From Longimicrobiales bacterium (GTDB lineage: Bacteria > Gemmatimonadota > Gemmatimonadetes > Longimicrobiales > Gaopeijiaceae), in NCBI GenBank assembly GCA_965249725.1, contig CBDFMQ010000002.1, positions 416,001 through 480,000 of the forward strand: 64,000 nucleotides of DNA. Reading direction: 5' to 3'. Positions 51,456 to 64,000 of the stretch are shown in pieces. Numbering within the stretch: the stretch's first letter is position 1; the number at the start of each line of letters is the position of its first letter. A program made the translations under genes and the position numbers. The notes under the pieces are model-generated. The model had not been told where the DNA came from. It did no database searches and was given only the letters and a program-made list of their open reading frames with translations.

Positions 51456-52012
51456 GAGACGAAACCGTCGCCCGTAACTACGCCGAGGCTCTCGTCGAAG
51501 TAGCGGAGCGGCATGAAGGGCTGGAGGTGTTCGGCGACGGCCTCGAGGTCGTGGCCCGGCTCATCGACGAGAACCCGAGCTTCAAGGTCTTCCTCGAGAC
51601 GCCGCGGATCACGGTGGGCCAGAAGAAGGAGGTGCTTCGGAGCGTCTTTTCCGAGTCACTTCCGGCCACACTGATCAACTTCTTGCTCGTCACGATCGAC
51701 AAGAGACGCCAGCGTCTCATTCGGGAGATCGCCGAGGAGTTCCACACTCTCGTGGACGAACGACTGGGGCGCGCACGGGTCGAGGTGACCCTTGCTCGCA
51801 AGATGGACGATGAGTCGCTGGCGGAGCTGCAGACGCGGCTGTCGACCCTGATCGGCCGAGAGGCCATCCCCCAGGTGCGGGTGAAGCCGAGTATCCTGGG
51901 CGGCGTGGTCGTAAGGGCGGGTGACACGATTTACGACGGATCCCTGCGGCGCAGGTTGGATGGAATGCGTCGGAGGCTGCTTTCGAAAGACCTCCCCTCA
52001 ACGGGTTTCTAG
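51452..52012 (+). CDS. atpH: ATP synthase F1 subunit delta
   Basis: ARNYAEAL, ILGGVVV, YDGSL. Confidence 0.95.
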   Translation: MRDETVARNYAEALVEVAERHEGLEVFGDGLEVVARLIDENPSFKVFLETPRITVGQKKEVLRSVFSESLPATLINFLLVTIDKRRQRLIREIAEEFHTLVDERLGRARVEVTLARKMDDESLAELQTRLSTLIGREAIPQVRVKPSILGGVVVRAGDTIYDGSLRRRLDGMRRRLLSKDLPSTGF

Positions 52013-52015
52013 GCA

Positions 52016-53608
<1,593 letters not shown>

Positions 53609-53662
53609 GCCGGCCCGCGAAGCTGATCTTGGACGCTGATCTTGGTAAAGGGACACTAGACG

Positions 53663-55982
<2,320 letters not shown>

Positions 55983-55983
<1 letters not shown>

Positions 55984-56315
55984 TGTCGGACCTGAACGTC
56001 CGGGTCGTTTCGCCCGAGGAGGTGCTGTTCGAGGGCGCGGCAGCCTCTGTGGTCGCGCCGGCTTGGGACGGTAAAGTAGGAGTCCTTCCCGGACACGCCC
56101 CGATGATCGCACTGCTGGGGTCTGGCGAGTTGTCGATCGATCTACCTGCCGGCGGGAGCGAGAGCTTCTTCGTGGCCGGGGGTGTGATGAAGGTGGAGGG
56201 CTCTGAGCTAACGATCCTCACCGAGTATGCGGGATCGGAGCCGTCGGAGGATCTGCCGTCGGGTGCCCGGGTCGATGTCGATGCCATCTTCGAGGCGATG
56301 GGCGGCAAGCCCTGA
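55983..56315 (+). CDS. atpC: ATP synthase F1 subunit epsilon, short form
   Basis: VVSPE, GVLPGHAP, VAGG. Confidence 0.92.
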
Positions 56316-56322
56316 CGGGCCC

Positions 56323-57141
56323 ATGAAGCTGGATCTGCACGTTCATACGTCGGCTTCAGACGGCGCGTGCGACCCCAAAGAGGTGGTCGCCCTGGCGAGT
56401 CGAGCCGGCCTGGACGTCATCTCGATCACGGACCATGACACCGTGGCGGGGCTGTCCGGCGCCGTAGAGGCTGCGTCGAGCCAAAGCGTGCATGTCATTC
56501 CGGGCGTGGAGATGAGCAGCACGCTCGACGACCACGAATACCACATCCTGGGATATTTCATCGATCCGGATGCTCCCGCTCTCCGGGATCACGAGCGTAC
56601 CGCGCTCCAGGGGCGCGAGAATCGCATGATCGAGATGGTGACGCGGTTGCGCCAGCAGGGACTCCTCATCGAGTACGACGATGTTCTCGAGGAGGCGGGT
56701 CCGGAGAGATCGGCCATCGCCCGTCCGCATCTGGCCCGGGCCCTGGTGACCAAGGGGTACGCATCCTCGACGCCCGACGCGTTCGATCGGCTGATCGGCG
56801 ATGGGCACCCGGCTCATGTCCCGACCCGACTGTCCACCCCAACCGAGGCCATCCGGATCATCCTGGAGGCCGGAGGGGTCCCCGTATGGGCGCACCCACA
56901 CACATCCGTGCTCGCGCGGTCGCTGCCCGATTTGGTCCGAGCGGGTCTTCTCGGTCTCGAGGTCTATCGGCCGCGGTCGCGCCCGAATCACATCCTCAGG
57001 CTCGAAACGGCGGCTCGCGCGTCGGATCTGTTGATGACCGGTGGGTCGGATTGGCACACGCCGGACAGTGGAAACTCGCTCGGGGACTTCTTCGTCACCG
57101 AGGACGAGGTCGCGAAGCTACTCGCAGCGGGTGGGATGTAA
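56323..57141 (+). CDS. PHP-domain phosphoesterase
   Basis: DLHVHTSASDG, ITDHD, HILGY, AHP, GGSDWH. Confidence 0.92.
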   Translation: MKLDLHVHTSASDGACDPKEVVALASRAGLDVISITDHDTVAGLSGAVEAASSQSVHVIPGVEMSSTLDDHEYHILGYFIDPDAPALRDHERTALQGRENRMIEMVTRLRQQGLLIEYDDVLEEAGPERSAIARPHLARALVTKGYASSTPDAFDRLIGDGHPAHVPTRLSTPTEAIRIILEAGGVPVWAHPHTSVLARSLPDLVRAGLLGLEVYRPRSRPNHILRLETAARASDLLMTGGSDWHTPDSGNSLGDFFVTEDEVAKLLAAGGM

Positions 57142-57769
57142 ACGGCTCCATCAATCGCCGGACCGCGTCCCATGGGTCGTTGGCACTCATCACCGCCCCG
57201 ATGACGGCGATACCCTGAGCCCCGACACCGGCCACATCGCTTGCCGTCTCTGGCGTGACCCCTCCGATCCCTACGACCGGGATCGACACCGCCTCAACGA
57301 CACGCTCTAGCCCGGACAGACCGATGACCTCTCCGGGATCGGACTTGTGGGTGGTGGGATACACGGCGCCGCAGCCCAGGTAGTCGGCGCCGTCGGCCTC
57401 GGCCCGAGCGGCTTCGCCCGGATCGTCGGTGGAGTATCCCACGATGAAATCGTCCGGGACGGCGGCTCGAACATTCCCGACGGGCGGATCGTCGGGGCCC
57501 AGATGAACGCCGTCGGCTCCCGTAGCGAGGGCCACGTCGAGCCGGTCGTTCACGAAGAAGAGAGAGTCCGCATCGTGTACGATGGGGAGGAGTCGCCGAG
57601 CCATCGCGGCGACCTCACGGGCTGTGGCCTCCTTGGCTCTGAGTTGTATCGCCGGCGCCCCTGCCGACAGCGCCTCGCGGACCACGTGTTCGACTCCGTG
57701 GGGCTCGGCCAGGCGTTCGTCCGTGATCACGACGAGCCGGAGCCGTCGACCGAGTTCGGTGCTATTCAA
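57095..57769 (-). CDS. thiE: Thiamine phosphate synthase
   Basis: QLRAK, VNDRLD, GVHLG, PTTHK, GIGG. Confidence 0.95.
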   Translation of the reverse strand: MNSTELGRRLRLVVITDERLAEPHGVEHVVREALSAGAPAIQLRAKEATAREVAAMARRLLPIVHDADSLFFVNDRLDVALATGADGVHLGPDDPPVGNVRAAVPDDFIVGYSTDDPGEAARAEADGADYLGCGAVYPTTHKSDPGEVIGLSGLERVVEAVSIPVVGIGGVTPETASDVAGVGAQGIAVIGAVMSANDPWDAVRRLMEPFTSHPLRVASRPRPR

Positions 57770-57790
57770 CGGATCTCCCTCGCAGGGTGC

Positions 57791-58771
57791 CTAGGGGCGG
57801 TTCGATGCGTCCCACTCCCTACGAGCGACTCCCCGGGCCCGATTGTGCTCCTCTAGGCTGTTCGTAAAGAGGTGGCTGCCGTCAGGTCGGGCTACGAAGT
57901 AGAGATAGGACTCGTCCGAGGGATACAGTGCGGCCTGTAGGGCCGCGTCACCCGGCGCCCCGATGGGCCCCGGAGGCAGCCCTCGCTGCGTATACGTGTT
58001 GTACGGATTGTCGGCCACCGAGTCGATGGCCGCGAAGAGCAGTCGTTCACGACGGCCCCCGAGGGCGTAGAGCACCGTCGGGTCGGCCTGGAGCAGATAG
58101 CCGAGCCGGAGACGGTTGTGATAGACGGCCGAGATGGTGGGCATCTCCGTGACCTGTCGTGCCTCCGCCTGGATGATGGAGGCGAGCGTGACGATCTCCG
58201 CTTCGCTCATCTCGAGCTCGGCGAGTCGCGCCGTCCGCTCCGGCGTCCACACGGAGTGGTACTGTTCGACCATGGCCGCGACGACCACGTCCAGGGCGAC
58301 GCCCCGGGCGAAGCGATAGGTGTCCGGGAAGAGGTATCCCTCTAGTCCGGGGCCGGGAACGTCCCAGCGTGAGTGTGCCGTCGAATCCGACAACTGAGCC
58401 CCGACGGTCTCGGGAGCCTCCTCCGTCACCTGTGCGATCCGTTCCGCCATGTCCGCCAGGGTGAAGCCCTCGGGAATCGTGATCTCCTCGGTGTTGACCC
58501 GACCGGTGGTCAGAGACTCGAGGATGTCGCCCCACGAAGCGCCCGGAGTCAGGTCGTAGTCCCCGGAGCGGATCTGGCGATCGGCGCCCTTGAGCCGAGC
58601 GTAGAGTCCGAAGCGGCGTGGTCCGTCCACGATGCCGCGCTCCACTAACGTGTCCAGCACGGTCGCGAACGACACGCCAGGCGGCACAGTGACCCTCACG
58701 GGCTCGCCGAGCTCGCCGGCTCCGCAGCCGAGAAGGAAGAGGCACCCCAGAAGGACCACCCGCCGTCTCAT
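57791..58771 (-). CDS. mltG: Endolytic transglycosylase
   Basis: TIPEG, LEGYLFPDTY, LASIIQAE, LQADPT, PYNTY..GLPPGPI. Confidence 0.95.
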   Translation of the reverse strand: MRRRVVLLGCLFLLGCGAGELGEPVRVTVPPGVSFATVLDTLVERGIVDGPRRFGLYARLKGADRQIRSGDYDLTPGASWGDILESLTTGRVNTEEITIPEGFTLADMAERIAQVTEEAPETVGAQLSDSTAHSRWDVPGPGLEGYLFPDTYRFARGVALDVVVAAMVEQYHSVWTPERTARLAELEMSEAEIVTLASIIQAEARQVTEMPTISAVYHNRLRLGYLLQADPTVLYALGGRRERLLFAAIDSVADNPYNTYTQRGLPPGPIGAPGDAALQAALYPSDESYLYFVARPDGSHLFTNSLEEHNRARGVARREWDASNRP

Positions 58772-59193
58772 GCACGCCTCTGGGCGTCGAGCCAGCTCTG
58801 GAGGATCAGGACGGCGGCGGCAGCGTCGATCCGGCCCTTCTGTTCCTTCTTCCGCTTCGGGAGACCGATGCCCCTGACTGCCCGCTCGGCCCGGGCCGAC
58901 GTGAATCGCTCGTCCACGAGGTGGACGGGCAGCCCCGACCGCTCGTTGAGCTTCTCGGCCGTCTCCCTCACGGTGCGCGTCCAGTCCGTGTCGTTCCCTG
59001 ACAGGGCCAGCGGAAGCCCGACGACGATGGCCTCCACACCGTACTCCTCGACCAGGTCCTCGAGGGCGCGCAGGGGCATGCGTTTGCCCGCCCTCCGCTG
59101 CAGCGTGGAGAGCGGTTGGGCGATCACTCCGGTCGGGTCGCTCACCGCGACGCCGACCCGCCGTTCACCGAAATCGATTCCCAGGACGCGCAT
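58768..59193 (-). CDS. ruvX: YqgF/RuvX nuclease
   Basis: GIDFGERRVGVAVSD, VGLP, DERFTS, IDAAAA. Confidence 0.95.
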   Translation of the reverse strand: MRVLGIDFGERRVGVAVSDPTGVIAQPLSTLQRRAGKRMPLRALEDLVEEYGVEAIVVGLPLALSGNDTDWTRTVRETAEKLNERSGLPVHLVDERFTSARAERAVRGIGLPKRKKEQKGRIDAAAAVLILQSWLDAQRRA

Positions 59194-59311
59194 ATCCCCC
59201 TAAACGAAGGTTGGGATAGATTAAACAGTCAGGACCGGTGCTCAATATACACCCGAAATAGCCGTCGTCGGCCCATGACGACCGGCTACGTGGACTGAAT
59301 TCCAGGAGTGG

Positions 59312-59563
59312 ATGATGCGATACGATCAAGACGCGAATGCCATGAACTTCGTGTCCGGCTTCTTGCTGGGTGCCTTCGTGGGGGCCGGTATCGCCCTGCT
59401 CACAGCCCCGGAGCCCGGGACCCGGACCCGCCGCAGAATCCGGCGCGTGGCGGGCGAGCTGAGGGAGACGGCCACCGATCAGCTCGACGACTTTGCGGAG
59501 GATGTGAAGTCGAAGGTGGATGAGGCCGTGCGAGGGGCCCGGAAGAAACTCGTGACCAAGTAG
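59312..59563 (+). CDS. YtxH-domain protein
   Basis: FLLGAFVGAGIALLTAP..G..TR pattern. Confidence 0.8.
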   Translation: MMRYDQDANAMNFVSGFLLGAFVGAGIALLTAPEPGTRTRRRIRRVAGELRETATDQLDDFAEDVKSKVDEAVRGARKKLVTK

Positions 59564-59573
59564 GAGGGCCCCC

Positions 59574-60902
59574 TTGAATCCTTCCCGCCTCATCGAGGAT
59601 AAGCGGGACGGCAAAGAACTCGATCCTGAGGCGTTGACCGCCTTCCTGCGGGCCTACCTCGAGGACGAGCTGCCGCACTACCAGATGGCGGCCTTCCTGA
59701 TGGCCGTCCTCTTCCAGGGTCTCTCTCCTGAAGAGCTCGAGGTCATGGTCGAGGTCATGCTGCACTCGGGGAGCCTTCTGGAACTGGATCACATCCCCGG
59801 CCCCAAGATGGACAAGCACTCGACCGGCGGTGTGGGGGACAAGGCATCGCTGGTGCTCGCCCCCCTGGCCGCGGAGCTGGGGCTCTTCGTTCCCATGATG
59901 GCCGGCCGGAGCCTGGGGCACACGGGAGGGACTCTCGACAAGCTCGAGGCCATAGCGGGTTTTCGCACCGATCTCGGTCTTTCCGAGTTCGGCGGGATCC
60001 TCGCCGACCTGGGCTGCGCGGTCACCGGTCAGACGGCCGAGATCGCGCCCCTGGACAAGCGTCTCTACGATCTCCGCAGCGTCACCGGCACCGTCTCGTC
60101 CATCCCCCTGATCGCCGCCAGCATCATGAGCAAGAAGCTCGCGGAGGGATTGGATGGGCTCGTGCTCGACGTAAAGGCGGGCTCGGGTGCGTTTCTCCCC
60201 CGAATCGAGGACACCCTGACCCTGGCCCAGACCATGGTGGACATCGGGGAGAGGCGGGGCACGCCTACCGTGGCCCTCGTGACGGCCATGGACAGGCCAC
60301 TGGGGGAGGCAATCGGGAATGCGCTGGAGGTGGGCGAAGCGGTGGAGTGCCTTCACGGGGGAGGGCCGTCGGACCTGAGAGAGTTGGTGGTGGCTCTGAC
60401 GGGGGAGATGCTCGTGCTGGGCGGACTGGCCTCCGACGTGGTGGAGGCACGGGAGCGTTGCCGCGAGACGCTTGCTTCGGGAGCGGCCTTTGAGCGTTTC
60501 CGTCGACTCGTCGCCGCCCAGGGAGGCGACGTGTCGGTCATCGAGACTCCGGGCCACCTACCGCAGGCACCGTCTCGTGTAGACGTCCGTGCCGAGGCGG
60601 AGGGCGTCGTCCAGGAGGTGTCACCCCGGCCTCTCGGCCAGGCGGTGGTGGAGATGGGTGGGGGACGGCGGGCCCTCGGGGACGTCATAGATCACCGGGT
60701 CGGGTTCGTCGTCCACGTAAGCCCGGGGGATCCGGTGGCATCAGGAGATGTGATCGGAGAGGTGCACGCGGCGGACGAGGCCTCAGCCGAGGCCGCGGTC
60801 CGGGCGTTTGTTGCGGCTGTATCGATCGGCCCTGACACGGATCCACAGACCTTGCCGGTGGTGTCTCACCGCATCACGCGCGAGGGAGTGCAGGTGCGCT
60901 GA
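59574..60902 (+). CDS. Thymidine/pyrimidine-nucleoside phosphorylase
   Basis: DKHSTGGVGDK, GHTGGTLDKLE, SIMSKK, LDVKAGSGAF. Confidence 0.95.
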   Translation: MNPSRLIEDKRDGKELDPEALTAFLRAYLEDELPHYQMAAFLMAVLFQGLSPEELEVMVEVMLHSGSLLELDHIPGPKMDKHSTGGVGDKASLVLAPLAAELGLFVPMMAGRSLGHTGGTLDKLEAIAGFRTDLGLSEFGGILADLGCAVTGQTAEIAPLDKRLYDLRSVTGTVSSIPLIAASIMSKKLAEGLDGLVLDVKAGSGAFLPRIEDTLTLAQTMVDIGERRGTPTVALVTAMDRPLGEAIGNALEVGEAVECLHGGGPSDLRELVVALTGEMLVLGGLASDVVEARERCRETLASGAAFERFRRLVAAQGGDVSVIETPGHLPQAPSRVDVRAEAEGVVQEVSPRPLGQAVVEMGGGRRALGDVIDHRVGFVVHVSPGDPVASGDVIGEVHAADEASAEAAVRAFVAAVSIGPDTDPQTLPVVSHRITREGVQVR

Positions 60903-60949
60903 GGTGAGCTGAGGTGCGCCGCCAGGCTCCGCCCCACCTGGCTACGAGG

Positions 60950-63103
60950 TCAGTTGCCGCTTGCGCCGATGTCCTCGCCGATGCGGAAGAGACGGGAGTC
61001 GTCCCGATCGCAGTAGTCGGTGGGTTCGGTTCCGGGCAGGAAGAGCTCGAGAATCTGATCCCCCTGCGGACACCATTGAGACGCCAACTTGCCCGTTGTC
61101 TTGTCGATCAACCGTGTGACCAGGCCGTCCGGGATCGACCACGGCTCCGGGATGGGCAGGACCGGTTCTCGCATCTCCTCGTCCAGCGAGTCGGGGTCTC
61201 CATAGTAGACCCGTCGCATGAAGTTGCCCCAGACCGGTGCCGCATCACCTCCACCTGTGGCCCCGCGTCGGATCGGCTCGGGTAGATCCAGCCCGAACCA
61301 GACGGTACCCAGGAGGTTCGGCGTGAAGCCGTTGAACCAGACGTCCGTCCCCTCGTTCGTGGTGCCGGTCTTGCCTGCGGCGACCACCTCTCGGTTGAGT
61401 CCGGCAACGATGCGGACGGCGATGTTCCCGGTGCCCTCGTCCACGACCCCCTGCAGCATCGAGATCATGATGCGCGCGACCAGCGGATCCAGGACCTGCG
61501 TACGCTCCGGCTGCGGATCCCATATGATGCGGCCCTGGGCGTCCTCGACCCTCAAGATGGGGAAGGGGCGCACCTTGGTGCCCTGGTTCGCGAAAGTGGA
61601 ATACGCCTCGGCCATCTCGATGGGGAGTACCTCGGCGGCCCCGATGGCGGTCGAGGGATAGCGCTCGATCTCACTCCGGATCCCCATGCGCCGAGCGGTC
61701 TGCGCCACGCTCTCGAGCCCGACCTCCTCGGCCAGCTTGATCGCGATGATGTTCTGCGACTTCATGAGGCCCCTGCGAATCGTCATGGGCCCCTCGAAGC
61801 GCTCCGAGAAGTTCGCGGGCCGCCACTCGGTTCCGTCGACCTGCATGGTCACGACGGGCGCGTCGAGGACGATGAACGTGGGGGGGATGCGTGCCGCCAC
61901 GGCGGCGGTGTAGACGAACGGTTTGAAGCCCGACCCGGCCTGGCGCAGCGCCTGCGTGGCGCGGTTGAACTTCGACACCTGAAAGTCCCGCCCGCCGATC
62001 ATGGCCCGAACCGATCCGGTCCATGGATCGAGCGACACGAACAGCCCCTGCACGTATCTCAGCTCGGTCATGTCTACGCCAGCGGCAACGGAGTCCTGAT
62101 AGGCTCCGTAGCTCAGGTGCTCGAATCCGGGACGGGCCTCCATCCGCGCCCATCCCTCCTGCATCGAGACCTCCGCGGCGCGCTGCATGCGGACGTCTAA
62201 GGTGGTATAGACCTTCAGCCCGGCGGTGTAGAGCTTGCTCCCGAAGCGGTCGTCCAGAATCTGACGGACCCACTCCTCGAAGTAGGGGGCGATGCTACCG
62301 CCGGCCACCGCCCGCTCCGTCGGGATGGGGGCCGCCGTGTATCGTTCCAGGTCCTCGGCCGGAAGGAAGCCCTGATCGACCATGCGTCGAAGTACCAGAT
62401 CCCGGCGCCGCTTCGCGTTGTCGGGGCGGAGAAGGGGGCTGTAGTATGCCGGCAGGTTGGGGATGGCCGCCAAGAGCGCCGTCTCGGCGGGATTCAACTC
62501 GGAGGCGTTCTTCGCGAAGTAGTTGCGGGCGGCGGTCTGGATGCCCCACCACCCGTGCCCGTAGTTGATCTCGTTGACGTAGGCCTCGAGGATCTGGTCC
62601 TTCGTGTAGGATCGCTCGAGGGCCAAGGCCACCTGGAGTTCCTTCAGCTTCCGCACCACGCGTCGCTCGAAGCCGATCTGGCTCTCGAACATGTTGCGGG
62701 CGAGCTGCTGGGTGATGGTGCTCCCACCTCCCCTGTTCTGCCCCGTCAGTACACCGACCACCGCTCGAGCGATGCCCCGCAAGTCGACACCGTGGTGCTC
62801 GTAGAACCGCTTGTCCTCAATGGCGATGAACGCCTGCTTCACGTAGTCGGGGAGTGCGTTGATGGAGACCGGCGTCCGGCGCTCGATACCGATTTCAGCG
62901 AGAAGCCGACCGTCATGGCTGTAGAGTTTGCTGGTCTGTTCCGGCTCGAAGGTCCGGATCTGGGCGACGGACGGGCAGTCGGAGCAGAGATTCTGCCAGG
63001 ATCCCCACGCCACCCCCGCCCCGGCGCCGACAAAAAGAAACCCCAAGAGAAGCAACAGCCTGGGTTGCCATAGCTTCTTGATCACTGGGCTCCGTCGGTT
63101 CAT
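60950..63103 (-). CDS. Class A penicillin-binding protein (PBP1A family)
   Basis: EDKRFYEH, GGSTITQQL, SGFK (SxxK), SQN (SxN), KTGT. Confidence 0.95.
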   Translation of the reverse strand: MNRRSPVIKKLWQPRLLLLLGFLFVGAGAGVAWGSWQNLCSDCPSVAQIRTFEPEQTSKLYSHDGRLLAEIGIERRTPVSINALPDYVKQAFIAIEDKRFYEHHGVDLRGIARAVVGVLTGQNRGGGSTITQQLARNMFESQIGFERRVVRKLKELQVALALERSYTKDQILEAYVNEINYGHGWWGIQTAARNYFAKNASELNPAETALLAAIPNLPAYYSPLLRPDNAKRRRDLVLRRMVDQGFLPAEDLERYTAAPIPTERAVAGGSIAPYFEEWVRQILDDRFGSKLYTAGLKVYTTLDVRMQRAAEVSMQEGWARMEARPGFEHLSYGAYQDSVAAGVDMTELRYVQGLFVSLDPWTGSVRAMIGGRDFQVSKFNRATQALRQAGSGFKPFVYTAAVAARIPPTFIVLDAPVVTMQVDGTEWRPANFSERFEGPMTIRRGLMKSQNIIAIKLAEEVGLESVAQTARRMGIRSEIERYPSTAIGAAEVLPIEMAEAYSTFANQGTKVRPFPILRVEDAQGRIIWDPQPERTQVLDPLVARIMISMLQGVVDEGTGNIAVRIVAGLNREVVAAGKTGTTNEGTDVWFNGFTPNLLGTVWFGLDLPEPIRRGATGGGDAAPVWGNFMRRVYYGDPDSLDEEMREPVLPIPEPWSIPDGLVTRLIDKTTGKLASQWCPQGDQILELFLPGTEPTDYCDRDDSRLFRIGEDIGASGN

Positions 63104-63347
63104 ACAGGTCCTAAGAGTGGGGAGCGTCCGCGTGTGACGCTCGAAGACAAAGTACCGGGCCGGACCCTTGAGGGTCCCTCGACGGTTACGCTGTCAGCAC
63201 TCGTGCAGCTTTCATGCCACCACCGAGCCGCGGGGCGGACCCGTGCGCCCTTGACCAGGGTCGGAGGCCTTGGCACTGTCCCTTCCGCAGGCAGCCGCCG
63301 GCTCGGTGGCTGCCCTTACCTCAGGCCAGAACCGGCTGGACCCGACC

Positions 63348-63713
63348 TTGAAACGAACTCCGACACGCGTTGAAAAGCCCTGGGGCCACGAGCTCATCTG
63401 GGCCGAAGCGGAAGAGTACGTGGGGAAGATCCTCCATATCAAGGCGGGCGAGGCGCTCTCCCTTCAGTACCACGAGCAAAAGGACGAGACCATCCACCTT
63501 CTCTCCGGTGAAATGAAGTTCGAGGCCGGTGTGTCCATCGAATCGCTGGAGGACGTCGACCTGAAGGCCGGTGAGAGTTATCACGTCCGCGCCGGAACCA
63601 TCCATCGCATGACCGCCGTTACGGACTGCGATGTGCTCGAGGCGTCGACTCCCCATCTCAGCGATGTGGTCCGTCTCGACGATCGTTATGGCCGAGTTCC
63701 CGCGGGAGACTGA
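63348..63713 (+). CDS. Cupin-domain protein (mannose-6-phosphate isomerase C-terminal-like)
   Basis: VEKPWG, LSLQYH..KDE, HRM, DVVRLDDRYGR; TTG start inferred. Confidence 0.85.
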   Translation: MKRTPTRVEKPWGHELIWAEAEEYVGKILHIKAGEALSLQYHEQKDETIHLLSGEMKFEAGVSIESLEDVDLKAGESYHVRAGTIHRMTAVTDCDVLEASTPHLSDVVRLDDRYGRVPAGD

Positions 63714-63747
63714 CCTGCGCACTCGGCCGGCGCCCCCGGGGGCGAGG

Positions 63748-64000
63748 ATGATCGTGCTCGCGATACTGGTGGTCGTCGGGTCCGCTGCGTGCGCCCCTGA
63801 CGAGACCGACGAGACCTCCGACCTGGTGACGTCGTCGGACCCGATGTTGGCGAGCGCGGCGGCCAGGCTTCTGCCCGATCTGGCAGATCGCTCCGGCCTC
63901 GAGCTCGTCGAACCCGTGCGCCTCGAGCGTCGCACCCGCGCCGAGTTGGAGCGCTATCTCGAGTTCAAGCTCGACGAGGCGTTGCCGATCGACGAAGCGG
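63748..64000 (+). CDS. Putative lipoprotein, runs off the window edge
   Basis: MIVLAILVVVGSAAC... open frame to the window end. Confidence 0.55.
   Translation, partial: MIVLAILVVVGSAACAPDETDETSDLVTSSDPMLASAAARLLPDLADRSGLELVEPVRLERRTRAELERYLEFKLDEALPIDEA

Noticed and set aside
57095..57141. 47-bp convergent overlap between the PHP gene and thiE as a regulatory feature
   Set aside because: Short 3' overlaps are common in GC-rich genomes and nothing else supports a function

Overview
High-GC bacterial chromosomal window. Gene content and the MxDPVxRLNAALxGRY kinase family suggest Gemmatimonadota (inference, not verified). Most of the window is housekeeping: aroC-aroK-topA-trmFO-xerC-hslVU; gcvT-mog-sigma54 activator; dnaK, htrA, tRNA-Leu, tig-clpP-clpX-lon-engB; nupC-PNP; thiD; a complete F-type ATP synthase operon; thiE, mltG, ruvX, pdp and PBP1A. 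Two accessory islands interrupt it. Island 1 (~8.85-23.5 kb) holds a MazEF-type TA pair, an ECF sigma factor with a sensorless Ser/Thr kinase, and three stop/start-coupled receptor Ser/Thr kinases. Two of these kinases are near-identical paralogs that differ mainly in beta-propeller loop patches. A lipoprotein and a frameshifted TonB-dependent receptor bracket this cluster and share a 45-bp upstream motif (37/45 identical), a candidate ECF promoter. Island 2 (~43.3-45.7 kb) holds two internally deleted remnants of the same kinase family, a heptad-repeat protein and two more TA pairs. Best candidate for an undescribed system: variable receptor kinases -> soluble kinase -> phospho-ECF sigma -> outer-membrane target genes. 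All calls come from reading motifs by eye; no database searches were run.
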